From assembly GCF_003367075.2 (NCBI RefSeq), contig NZ_CP065936.1, forward strand, positions 360,001-392,000: DNA of 32,000 nucleotides. The letters are read 5' to 3'. The position numbers were made by a program, and so were the translations under genes. Below, in pieces: positions 16,469-25,292 of this stretch (the stretch's first letter is position 1; each line of letters opens with the position of its first letter). This stretch comes from Cylindrospermopsis raciborskii Cr2010 (lineage in GTDB: Bacteria; Cyanobacteriota; Cyanobacteriia; Cyanobacteriales; Nostocaceae). The notes beneath the pieces were generated by a model, which was given only the letters and a program-made list of their open reading frames with translations, was not told the origin of the DNA and did not search any database.

Positions 16469-19462
16469 TTAATGCACACCACAAAATGGGTCTCGTTCCC
16501 TATCGATTTCATTGGGTTGTAATTCCAATTCACTATAGTAAACACATCCTGGTTGTTGTAAAGATTCCAGACTATGGGATATCCAATAGGGAACTGCTCC
16601 TGGGTGCATTCTTAATATTCCCTTACTATCTAGGGTGACATAGTATTGACAAGGGTAATCCGTAGAGATTTCTGGTTTGCTAAGGGATCCAATACGGATC
16701 CATTTTTTAGTTTTGGTCAAACTATCGGTTTGACAGATATAGAAATTATGTTGACCATTTTGGGGAAATGGTGGTAAAGGACTACTAATTAATCCCTTTC
16801 CAGTTTCTTTGCTTCCATCTTGTAAGTAATGAAACGTTTCTAATATCTGATTTTGACTGTTGTCAACTGCAAAGACTAAATGATAGGCATCCGGTTGATC
16901 CACTGTAGCAGATTCTAGGACATTGATAGCAATATCACCATCTTTTAAATTGTCATAATCGCCTATAAGGGCAATATTCCATTTTAATTTTCCATCAACA
17001 AATATATCAGAACCAGTTGAATGGGAGTCAATGACAGAATTGATATCAATTCCTGGCACATCTATTAAATAATGGGGACTACCTTGACAGAGTAAAACAG
17101 TAAATTGGAGAGTTTGGTCAATTTCAAATTGGACTTGAATTTTTTTGAGAAATTCAGCTTCTTCCATCCTCAAATTTTCCATGAGAGTTTTACCATCAAA
17201 ACTACCCCAAAGACGTAATTCCCCATCTTGGTAATCTTGACGATAGATGATATTAGTTAATTGAATACCTTGCCAAGTTGTTCTTACTTTAGCGACACTT
17301 TCCCAAGGGATAAGTTGATAGAGTTCTTGTCCAGCATTAAAAATAGATAATAATTCCTGAGTTTGGGTTTTGCGCTTGAAGTTGCAGGGTAAATAATAAA
17401 ATAGATTTTTCACATCTATTTCCAGCTGATTTGCTCCCTTGCGCAGTAAACTTTTAGAAGCTTCCGGATCAAATCTTAACCTTCTTAATTTTTCCGCGTA
17501 ACAAGCACCAGCAGAAGTTGCTAATTTAGTAAATTCTAGGACAAAAGTAATCCGTTCGGGATTCCAGATAAAGTAGGGAGATTTGCTAAATTCTTGGTAA
17601 ATTTGGGTTTTCACCAAATCCAGATTACAAGTTTTACCTGAGAGAATTAACCAATCTACCTTTTCATCTCCATTTAAACGACTTTCCATCAGTCCTTTGG
17701 CGATTCCTATGGCTTCTCTAATACTAGAAATAGCACAACGTTGAAATTGTTGGGCGTTTATAGTTAGGTAAATAGAATCAGCACCAACCAGTTGAAATTT
17801 CACACCACTTTGTAAAAGCAACTCGCTAATTTCTTGCTCATTGAGGGTAAAGGTTAATAAACTATCTTCAGCTCCTTTCTCCCCTAATTTTAATTTGGCG
17901 GATTCTGCATATTCCCACAGAGTATAGAAGGTTTGGAGACGTTGAGGAGCTTGTTGCCATCGAGTTGGTAAGACTTTTTCAGCGGTGTCTAAAGCGTCTT
18001 TGAAAGCAACATCCCCTTCTGGATTCTCTTTGTCCACACATTTTAATAAACTGCCACTTTTAAATTTGCTCTCTTGTAAAAAGCGCTCGTTGAGTTCTGA
18101 ATTAATTAAGTCCTCTAGCTTATCACTGGTTATATCGCCATCGGTAACCGCTGTTAATAAAAAATCAGCCAGGGCAATTTTTAACAATCGAAAAACTCGT
18201 AAGGTGATTAATTCCCCACCTAATTGTAAATGTCCTGAAGAACCCAATAATTTTGGTGTCAGTTTATAATAACGTCCTCCCAAACCTCTATCCTCACTAT
18301 TGGCAAAAACAGGAGTTTTATCTTCTAGGGTGAGTTTGATTAATGCTAGGTCGGTCGTACCCCCACCAATGTCCAATACCAGAACATTTTGGGACCAGTT
18401 ATTTTTTTCCTGACGACAACGGGTTTTAAATGATTCAATACCAATATTCAAATTACCACCAAATTCTCGCCATAAAAAGAATATGGCTACGGAAACAGCT
18501 TCGTCATAGGCCGTTTGCACATCATCTAACCCTAATTCCTCTACTAGTGCTTTAATCTCCTTTCGCACCACCGGAGGAGCAACTGTGGGATAGGTGACCA
18601 CCGCTGTCAAAAAGTCCCCTTGAGAAAATCTTCTACCTGCACGTTGACGATAGTCTTCAGTTAATTCAATTAGGTGTCCCCACGCTGCTTGAATTAATTG
18701 GTGAACTTCAATGTTATTATTTTCTAGATCATTTTTTTCTCCCTCATTTATCACCACAGGAAAAGTCCGATTTTGCCCAAAATATCTTTTTGGTGAATGA
18801 TGAAATCTACTAATAATATCTTTAAGTGAATTAATTGTACCCTGGGCGATCGCCTTTTTGCGGTTATCTCTTGCAGCTCTACCCATTTGCAATTTCAATG
18901 GTTGTATTTTACAGATTTCTATTTCACTAGGAATTTCTGTTTGTCTTCTATTAAAATCCAAAACCACTGGAATCAAATTTTGCGACTCTAGGGTAGGAAC
19001 GCGAAAAACCTCATGATATATTTGATAGAGTTTTTTACTGACAGCGCGACGAAATCTTTCACTGTTTCCCAAACATAGTTCAATTTGACGAAGAGCTTCT
19101 AGAAATTTGTCTTTATGGTCGTTTTCAAAAATTTCCCCTATTGTTTCTGGTGGAATTTCCAAATTCCTACCCAGATTGACCAGGAATTTTTCCCATTCGT
19201 TCCCACCAATATCTGGTAGAGCTAAATGGGGAGGTGAGTTTAACCATTCCCCTAACCGCTGACGCAGTCTTACTTCTTGTTCTCTGGGTAGGGTTTCTGC
19301 AATTGGTACTTCAATAGGGTCAAACATCGTTACTGTAGAGTTAGAAGTGCCAAAATCTACTGCCAACCAGCCTGGAAATCTCTTGTTAGAGTCTTCATTT
19401 AGTTTTTCACTTAGTTTCTGACTTAATCGGTTAAGGTAAGTGTCTAGTTCAAAATTGTTCAT
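16469..19462 (-). CDS. Atypical giant Hsp70/actin-fold (ASKHA) ATPase, 997 aa
   Basis: Hsp70 nucleotide-binding motifs appear in canonical order. Phosphate-1 is AVDFGTSNS (nt 19337-19357). Next come SPKRYFG, then AVVTYPTVAPPVVRKEIKALVEELGL, then YDEAVSVAIFF. Phosphate-2 is VLVLDIGGGTTDLALI (nt 18350-18373), followed by HLQLGGELIT. The adenosine motif is WLILSGKTCNLDLVK, followed by ATSAGACYAE. The ~340 C-terminal residues are unassigned. Confidence 0.85.
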   Translation of the reverse strand: MNNFELDTYLNRLSQKLSEKLNEDSNKRFPGWLAVDFGTSNSTVTMFDPIEVPIAETLPREQEVRLRQRLGEWLNSPPHLALPDIGGNEWEKFLVNLGRNLEIPPETIGEIFENDHKDKFLEALRQIELCLGNSERFRRAVSKKLYQIYHEVFRVPTLESQNLIPVVLDFNRRQTEIPSEIEICKIQPLKLQMGRAARDNRKKAIAQGTINSLKDIISRFHHSPKRYFGQNRTFPVVINEGEKNDLENNNIEVHQLIQAAWGHLIELTEDYRQRAGRRFSQGDFLTAVVTYPTVAPPVVRKEIKALVEELGLDDVQTAYDEAVSVAIFFLWREFGGNLNIGIESFKTRCRQEKNNWSQNVLVLDIGGGTTDLALIKLTLEDKTPVFANSEDRGLGGRYYKLTPKLLGSSGHLQLGGELITLRVFRLLKIALADFLLTAVTDGDITSDKLEDLINSELNERFLQESKFKSGSLLKCVDKENPEGDVAFKDALDTAEKVLPTRWQQAPQRLQTFYTLWEYAESAKLKLGEKGAEDSLLTFTLNEQEISELLLQSGVKFQLVGADSIYLTINAQQFQRCAISSIREAIGIAKGLMESRLNGDEKVDWLILSGKTCNLDLVKTQIYQEFSKSPYFIWNPERITFVLEFTKLATSAGACYAEKLRRLRFDPEASKSLLRKGANQLEIDVKNLFYYLPCNFKRKTQTQELLSIFNAGQELYQLIPWESVAKVRTTWQGIQLTNIIYRQDYQDGELRLWGSFDGKTLMENLRMEEAEFLKKIQVQFEIDQTLQFTVLLCQGSPHYLIDVPGIDINSVIDSHSTGSDIFVDGKLKWNIALIGDYDNLKDGDIAINVLESATVDQPDAYHLVFAVDNSQNQILETFHYLQDGSKETGKGLISSPLPPFPQNGQHNFYICQTDSLTKTKKWIRIGSLSKPEISTDYPCQYYVTLDSKGILRMHPGAVPYWISHSLESLQQPGCVYYSELELQPNEIDRERDPFCGVH

Positions 19463-19508
19463 AGTTTATTTGTTATTGGTTTTTATTGTCACTACAGGTA
19501 AAACTACT

Positions 19509-22070
19509 TTAAGTGTACTCATAGATATGTTGCTGGTCAATAGATGCAATATCACTAAGAATTTCCAACCAGGTAGGTATGGTCAATTCTAAGGTTGTGT
19601 CTCCAGCAGCAATATATCTAAGTAGTTCTTCTTTTTTCAATAAGTTTTGCAAACTGGGGATGATTTGATCTAAGATTCCCTCCAATTCTAAATTTATCTG
19701 TCGGTTTACTTCGCTCACATATTGAATCAAATGTAAACTAGCACTAGTAATAATTTCATCTCTTAATCGTAAAATAAAAACTTGGTGATTTGTACTGCTA
19801 GACAAATATTGACTTCTTTCCACAGACCAATCAAATACTTGTCCTGTATCATGCTTCTCATCCTGTTTGGCTAGGGGAAATATATTTTCCGGTATTATGG
19901 GTTTATCTTGATTCTCTATTTCCTCAATAATTGCCTCCTTCCATTGATTTGGTTTTGATGCTAACAACAGTCTATAGAATAGGTCTGCTGCTTCTGCTCC
20001 AAACTTATCTTCCATCAATTCTTCCAGTTCGGGATTGAGCGCTAATTTTTCTGACTCCAAATTGATGGTATTAGTTAATTTGACCAATAAATCTATTACA
20101 GATTGCCTAATACAATCTCTAGCAAATTTTTCCATATCTTTAATAGTTTGGGCAAAAACGGGATAGAAATCATCACTTTTCGTGGGCAATGTATTATTAA
20201 CCTTGGTTCCACGATCTGCACGATCAAATAATTTCCCCGCCGCACCTTTAGATTCTACCAAGGCAATTCTACCACCTTGCAATTTATTAAAAAATAAAGT
20301 CCACTGATTCCAGCTGAGAATTTGATAAGTTAATTCATCTTTGATAAGACTACTAACTACTAAACCACGTCTATCTTTTAGAGGTTCCTTACCCAAATCC
20401 CTACGAAAATTACGGTAGACTTTATCCAAACTCTCAATAGCCAATCGCAAATCAACTAGGGCTTGACTATCAGCAGCAGGTACGCCCTGGGCCTGAATTT
20501 CAGCCACAATATCTTTCAATTGTTCCTGTTGTTGACGAATAAGATCCGCCCCTCTGCGAGTATCTTCATATAACTGTTTTAACCCATGGGTATTCACATG
20601 ATTTTGAATCAATTCCCTTAACTTGCTCACACCTCCATCCCGAGCAAAATAATCCAATTGTCTACCCAAAATACTGCGGGAATCCTGGCTTAATAATTTC
20701 TGGCTTAACCTCCCCCATTTTTCTTGTAATTTTTTTGGTCGTTCCAGATAATCGGGATAATCTATATTTGCCAAAAATTCATCTGAACCAGCTTTCACCT
20801 TAGTTGAACGTTTGGATAATTCCGCTAACCCCAACAATGGCGATAATAGAACAATTCTGTCATCTTCACTGGTAAAAGCTCTCCCACTATCAATAATAGT
20901 TTCCAAAATTTTTAAATTTTCTAAAACTACTTCAGTTTCTAAAGCTTTATCATGGTATTCTTCAGCAATTAGACTGTCTAAAATCCTTTCCCCCCCTTCA
21001 TTCTCTAAAGGTAATTGATCGAAACGTCCTACCCCTACCAAAATTAAATCCTTTAAATCTTGACCTGGACGCTGTTGCTGCATCATCGTAAATATCTTAT
21101 TGGCGCGATCGCTCCCTGGGGATTTGCCATTTAATAGCACCAAAATAGTTTGTACCTGAGCTAATTCTCGTAAAGAAAGAAAAGTATCTCTAGCACCGGA
21201 ATTGGCTGCACCCAACCCAGGAAAATCCAACAGAACAAATTCTTCTGCTCCGGTCAAATCCCAAATTTCCCTAGATATTTTCACCTGAATATCCACTCTC
21301 CGAATCAAGGGAAAACTATTTTGTAATAATTGGGATGGCAAAATTTGTGGCGCTTTGGGCAATCTAATATGAGCTGGAGGTAAATCCTCAAATCGTAACG
21401 TTTGAATTGCCATAGGCAATTCAACTAACTGTAGACCATTTTTGGCAGTTTTGGCATCAATAGTATAGGTTTTATCACATAGAGATTCACCATAAGCTTG
21501 ATAAGAACGTAAAAATAATACTAACTCTCGTAATAAATAGCGCAGTTCCAAATTATTAGAGCTTTGCCAAGCTTCTTCACACCAGGAAGAAATATCCTTA
21601 CCAGTTTTAATTTTACCAACCTGTAAAGGTGGTAACCCAGCAGCAACCGCACGGCGATTGGCTTCCGATAACATAAAATGTAAACATTCGTTCACACCCT
21701 CATGAGATAAATACTCAACACTATAACTAGTTACTTGAGTAGTACTAAAATTCTCCTGTAGTTGAATATGAATAGCAGTGACATTTCCCGTCGTAGGATT
21801 TTCACTAACTGGTAGAGCATCCGCATAACCAATTAAACTACCCAACAACAAACTTTTGCCACTGCTAAACTCGCCCATGACACCAATTTTCACAGGAGAG
21901 TTAGCCATTTCCACTGTTTTTTCAGCAGCACCTCGTAACTGCAGTAAACATTCATCTAAACGGGAGGGAATCCAATCTTCCTGCTCAGACAGATGGAGAG
22001 GTACAGAGTCAATTTTACGAAGGATAAATTCAGCGTAGTCTTGAAACCTGGTTAATTTGTCTAGTTCCAT
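19509..22070 (-). CDS. Dynamin-like GTPase (bacterial DLP family), 853 aa
   Basis: G1 is IGVMGEFSSGKSLLLGSLIG (GEFSSGKS at nt 21852-21875), G2 is NPTTG, G3 is LLDFPGLG and G4 is VGVGRFD. A long predicted helical stalk follows (LRELIQNHV...QQQEQLKDIVAEIQ...). No TM segment is evident by eye. Confidence 0.85.
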   Translation of the reverse strand: MELDKLTRFQDYAEFILRKIDSVPLHLSEQEDWIPSRLDECLLQLRGAAEKTVEMANSPVKIGVMGEFSSGKSLLLGSLIGYADALPVSENPTTGNVTAIHIQLQENFSTTQVTSYSVEYLSHEGVNECLHFMLSEANRRAVAAGLPPLQVGKIKTGKDISSWCEEAWQSSNNLELRYLLRELVLFLRSYQAYGESLCDKTYTIDAKTAKNGLQLVELPMAIQTLRFEDLPPAHIRLPKAPQILPSQLLQNSFPLIRRVDIQVKISREIWDLTGAEEFVLLDFPGLGAANSGARDTFLSLRELAQVQTILVLLNGKSPGSDRANKIFTMMQQQRPGQDLKDLILVGVGRFDQLPLENEGGERILDSLIAEEYHDKALETEVVLENLKILETIIDSGRAFTSEDDRIVLLSPLLGLAELSKRSTKVKAGSDEFLANIDYPDYLERPKKLQEKWGRLSQKLLSQDSRSILGRQLDYFARDGGVSKLRELIQNHVNTHGLKQLYEDTRRGADLIRQQQEQLKDIVAEIQAQGVPAADSQALVDLRLAIESLDKVYRNFRRDLGKEPLKDRRGLVVSSLIKDELTYQILSWNQWTLFFNKLQGGRIALVESKGAAGKLFDRADRGTKVNNTLPTKSDDFYPVFAQTIKDMEKFARDCIRQSVIDLLVKLTNTINLESEKLALNPELEELMEDKFGAEAADLFYRLLLASKPNQWKEAIIEEIENQDKPIIPENIFPLAKQDEKHDTGQVFDWSVERSQYLSSSTNHQVFILRLRDEIITSASLHLIQYVSEVNRQINLELEGILDQIIPSLQNLLKKEELLRYIAAGDTTLELTIPTWLEILSDIASIDQQHIYEYT

Positions 22071-22167
22071 ATTAGTCTTTTTAATCTGAGTGAAACTCTA
22101 TTGAATTCGCGATTCCTCCCATTTTATCCATCTTACTGAAGTTTGGGAGGTCTTTTCCAACTTTCAG

Positions 22168-22608
22168 TTAAGGTTGAGGGTTTGGCGAGTTCTTGAACCG
22201 AGAAAGATGAACCCTATAGACATATTTTCCTTTGGATAGATTTCCCACATATACCTTGTACTCTCCAGGAGACCAAAATCCAGTCATTTCTGGTTGATTT
22301 CCGTCTGGTAACATACAGAAACGTCCACCCGGACCATCAACTAGTAATGTGGCTTTTTCTTCCCCTTCTAGTGTCAGTCTCAGATAGGGTATGGGTTCTT
22401 TGACCACAATAATTTGATTGGGTTGGCTAGGAATAAGGCCACAGTCCCTTTTAACTCTTGCTAGGGAATTACCACTAATAACTAGTGGATCCGGAGAAAG
22501 TTCCTGTTTAATCTCGATAACTCCCTGTTGTGCTATCACACCCTGGTTCCATGGCAAACCTATGAGGAGGTTAACTGTAAGAAAGGTTAGTAATTTTAGT
22601 GTTTTCAT
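22168..22608 (-). CDS. Secreted hypothetical protein (signal peptide)
   Basis: The ATG at 22608 gives MKTLKLLTFLTVNLLIGLPWNQGVIAQQ, a typical signal peptide, and is preferred over the ATG at 22671. The mature ~120 aa looks beta-rich and contains two Cys. It ends 97 nt upstream of the dynamin-like gene on the same strand. Confidence 0.6.
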   Translation of the reverse strand: MKTLKLLTFLTVNLLIGLPWNQGVIAQQGVIEIKQELSPDPLVISGNSLARVKRDCGLIPSQPNQIIVVKEPIPYLRLTLEGEEKATLLVDGPGGRFCMLPDGNQPEMTGFWSPGEYKVYVGNLSKGKYVYRVHLSRFKNSPNPQP

Positions 22609-22842
22609 TTTCACCTGTGCATCCGTAAACACTTGGATAGAAATTTTGATTAATTTGACCAAACTACTCAAGTTTTGTTCCCGGTTTTACCGTTTTAGGT
22701 ACATTATTAATTGAACTATCCTGATATAACACGGGACAAATGGAAAATCCTGACTATGGAGTGAGATTTTGTTGACCTTCTCCCCTATTCAATTGTAGAT
22801 TTATATGTACATGTAAATTTACAGGGGCGATGATAAAACATC

Positions 22843-23178
22843 ATGAGTTCTCAACCACAAGAAGAATGGAAACGTCGCATCCAAGAGTTAAAATCGGAAA
22901 TTAATTCATTTTACTCTGATCGACCACAGGGTACACAACTGCGTCAAAACATTATTAATCAGGTAAATAGCTATTGGAATCAATATCAAACTTGGTTTCA
23001 AAGTTTATCTAGTATGAAAAAGGTCGCTGTTGCTGCCATTACCATCATATTATGTTTTCTAACCTTACAAACAGTATTTAGACTGTTAATTTCCATTATC
23101 AGTCTGGTGGTGTTGGGGGTGTTAGTATATCTTGGTTACAGGTTTTTACTTAACAAAAACTTATTCAATAAGCCTTAA
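22843..23178 (+). CDS. Small hypothetical membrane protein
   Basis: 111 aa. A polar N-terminal half is followed by two hydrophobic helices (VAVAAITIILCFLTLQTVF and LISIISLVVLGVLVYLGY). No recognisable family. Confidence 0.5.
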   Translation: MSSQPQEEWKRRIQELKSEINSFYSDRPQGTQLRQNIINQVNSYWNQYQTWFQSLSSMKKVAVAAITIILCFLTLQTVFRLLISIISLVVLGVLVYLGYRFLLNKNLFNKP

Positions 23179-23221
23179 CCTATTTACTTCAAGTATAGTT
23201 CAACTATATACGAATTCGTCA

Positions 23222-25270
23222 ATGGATAATCAATCTAGTCCGTCTCCTCAACCACAAAAAACCAAATCCCTAGCCCTACCAGCAAGACGTTTGCTCGCTT
23301 GGTTAGCAGAAATAACCTTAGTGACAGCTAGTGGAGTGATTCCCTTTAGTGTTGGGGCTTATATTAATTCCCAAACCGATTTACAAAGAACACCTTTAAA
23401 TCCAGTTTTAGCAGGAATAGAAAGAGCGATCGCACAGCCATTGGCCCTACCAGTTAATTATGGCATTCGCAATGTAGCCAGTCCCACCAATTTTTTATGG
23501 AGTATGGGGTTGTTAACACCTATTACTCTTGCAGGTTGGCAATTATACTTATTAGCCACAACAGGTAGCACCCTTGTCAAAAAGAAGTTAGGAATCAAGG
23601 TAGTTAACAAAGAAGGAAAACCCCCCGGTGTTAAAGCCATTATCATTCGTGAGGGAATAGGGCGTTGGGGTATTCCAGCGAGTATAGCTTATGTGTTGTG
23701 GCGTTATAGTTTTGCCTTTCCTAACCTGGAACTATTTACATTTTTAGTTCTAGTAATGGTAATAGCAGAAAGTATAGGTATTAATTCTCGCAAACACCCT
23801 CGTGCCATCCATGATCAGTTAGCTGATACATACACCATAGATATTAATATAGCAATCCCTGGTAAACAACTAAGAGAAAGTTCCCCATCTCACCCCATCA
23901 CCAATTTTACCTTTAACTTTCCCCCCAATCTGACTTTGATTGTAGCCGGTGCAACGGGTATGATAGCCCTATTATCAACCCTGGTGGGTACACAAATATA
24001 TATTCAAAACCAAGCCAATCAAAGACAAACCCAGCTGGTAAACAATCAAAACTTCCTAGAACTGAGCAAACAAATTAACCCCCAGTCTGGTACTAGCATT
24101 GAGGAACGCCAACGAGCAATTCTTGCCATGGGTGGAGTTAACGATCTCCAGTCAATCAAGTATCTAGTAGATTTACTGACTAAAGAAACCGATTCCAGCA
24201 TATTGAATACTATCCAACAAGCATTATCCAATATAGGAATCACATCCATACCGGAACTAAAACGGGTCAACCAGTTCATTGGCAAAGAAATCAAATCCGG
24301 TGCTATTTCTGGTAGTGTGGGGGAACAACTGTTAAACATCAACCAACAGACCATCAACAAAATATTAGCCATTTATAGTGGCAAAACTCACGACTTAGAC
24401 TTAACAGGGATTCAATTAGGTCCGCAAAATGCCGAAGAAAATTCTCAATTTCAATTAGTGCTAGAAAATGTAGATTTATCCGGGTTGATACTTAAATCTG
24501 CCAGTCTTAACCAATCTAGTTTTAAAGGCAGTCGTTTTCGCAGTGTGGGAGAAGATGGTCGTTGGGACACCTACGATGATATTATAGCCGACTTGAGTAA
24601 AGCCCAACTAAAAAGATCCAATCTATCCAACGCCAATCTCAGTCGAGTTTTAATGAGTCGTGTAAATCTAAGTCGTTCGGTGTTAAACAGAGCAAATCTA
24701 GCAAGTAGCAAGTTGATAGATGCCAACCTTAGCAGTGCCCAACTTGTAGGTTCAGATCTACAACAAGCGACCTTGCAAGATGCCGTTCTCACCGGAGCAG
24801 ATATTAGCGGTGCACAGCTACAAGAAGCCGATTTATATGCTGCTCAATTGGCTCGGGTTTCTGCTATAGGATCCCAACTTTCCCATGCCAACTTAACTAA
24901 AACTAATTGGCAAGGTGCAGACCTCTCCGAATCTTATTTAAATCATGCCAACTTAAACAGTGCTAATTTTAGTGCTGCCAATCTTTCTGGTGCTATTTTG
25001 CGTTATGCTAACATGACTAACACAAACCTACGCAGTGCTGATATTAGTCGTGCTGATTTAAGAGGGGCAAATTTGGAAGGTACGGATTTTCAGGGAGCGA
25101 TCTTATTTCCTGGTAAACAGGATCCTAAAGATAGATTTGTAGAAACCTCAGATCTTGGTTCCCAAGCAGCTATTGTTCAGGGTGTAGATTTTAGCAATGC
25201 TAAAAACTTAGATGTTCAACAATTAGCCTTCATTTGCACCAATAGAGGAATTCATCCTCGTTGTCCATAA
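23222..25270 (+). CDS. RDD-domain membrane protein fused to a HEAT-like repeat and a long pentapeptide-repeat domain
   Basis: The ATG at 23222 (MDNQSSPSP) is preferred over the start at 23132. The RDD pattern is RRLLAWLAEITLV...KKKLGIKVVNKEG...IIREGIGRW...AIHDQLADTYTI. The HEAT-like segment is RAILAMGGVNDLQSIKYLVDLL...ALSNIG. About 200 aa of A(N/D)LSx pentapeptide repeats follow (ANLSRVLMSRVNLSRSVLNRANLASSKLIDANLSSAQL...). Confidence 0.8.
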   Translation: MDNQSSPSPQPQKTKSLALPARRLLAWLAEITLVTASGVIPFSVGAYINSQTDLQRTPLNPVLAGIERAIAQPLALPVNYGIRNVASPTNFLWSMGLLTPITLAGWQLYLLATTGSTLVKKKLGIKVVNKEGKPPGVKAIIIREGIGRWGIPASIAYVLWRYSFAFPNLELFTFLVLVMVIAESIGINSRKHPRAIHDQLADTYTIDINIAIPGKQLRESSPSHPITNFTFNFPPNLTLIVAGATGMIALLSTLVGTQIYIQNQANQRQTQLVNNQNFLELSKQINPQSGTSIEERQRAILAMGGVNDLQSIKYLVDLLTKETDSSILNTIQQALSNIGITSIPELKRVNQFIGKEIKSGAISGSVGEQLLNINQQTINKILAIYSGKTHDLDLTGIQLGPQNAEENSQFQLVLENVDLSGLILKSASLNQSSFKGSRFRSVGEDGRWDTYDDIIADLSKAQLKRSNLSNANLSRVLMSRVNLSRSVLNRANLASSKLIDANLSSAQLVGSDLQQATLQDAVLTGADISGAQLQEADLYAAQLARVSAIGSQLSHANLTKTNWQGADLSESYLNHANLNSANFSAANLSGAILRYANMTNTNLRSADISRADLRGANLEGTDFQGAILFPGKQDPKDRFVETSDLGSQAAIVQGVDFSNAKNLDVQQLAFICTNRGIHPRCP

Positions 25271-25292
25271 CTATAAGGAGTGTTAAACTGTT

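Noticed and set aside
7710-22070. A functional link between vipp1 and the dynamin-like/Hsp70-like pair (all membrane-remodelling related)
   Set aside because: They are about 8 kb apart on opposite strands, with ten or more unrelated genes between them. Nothing in the sequence supports co-regulation.
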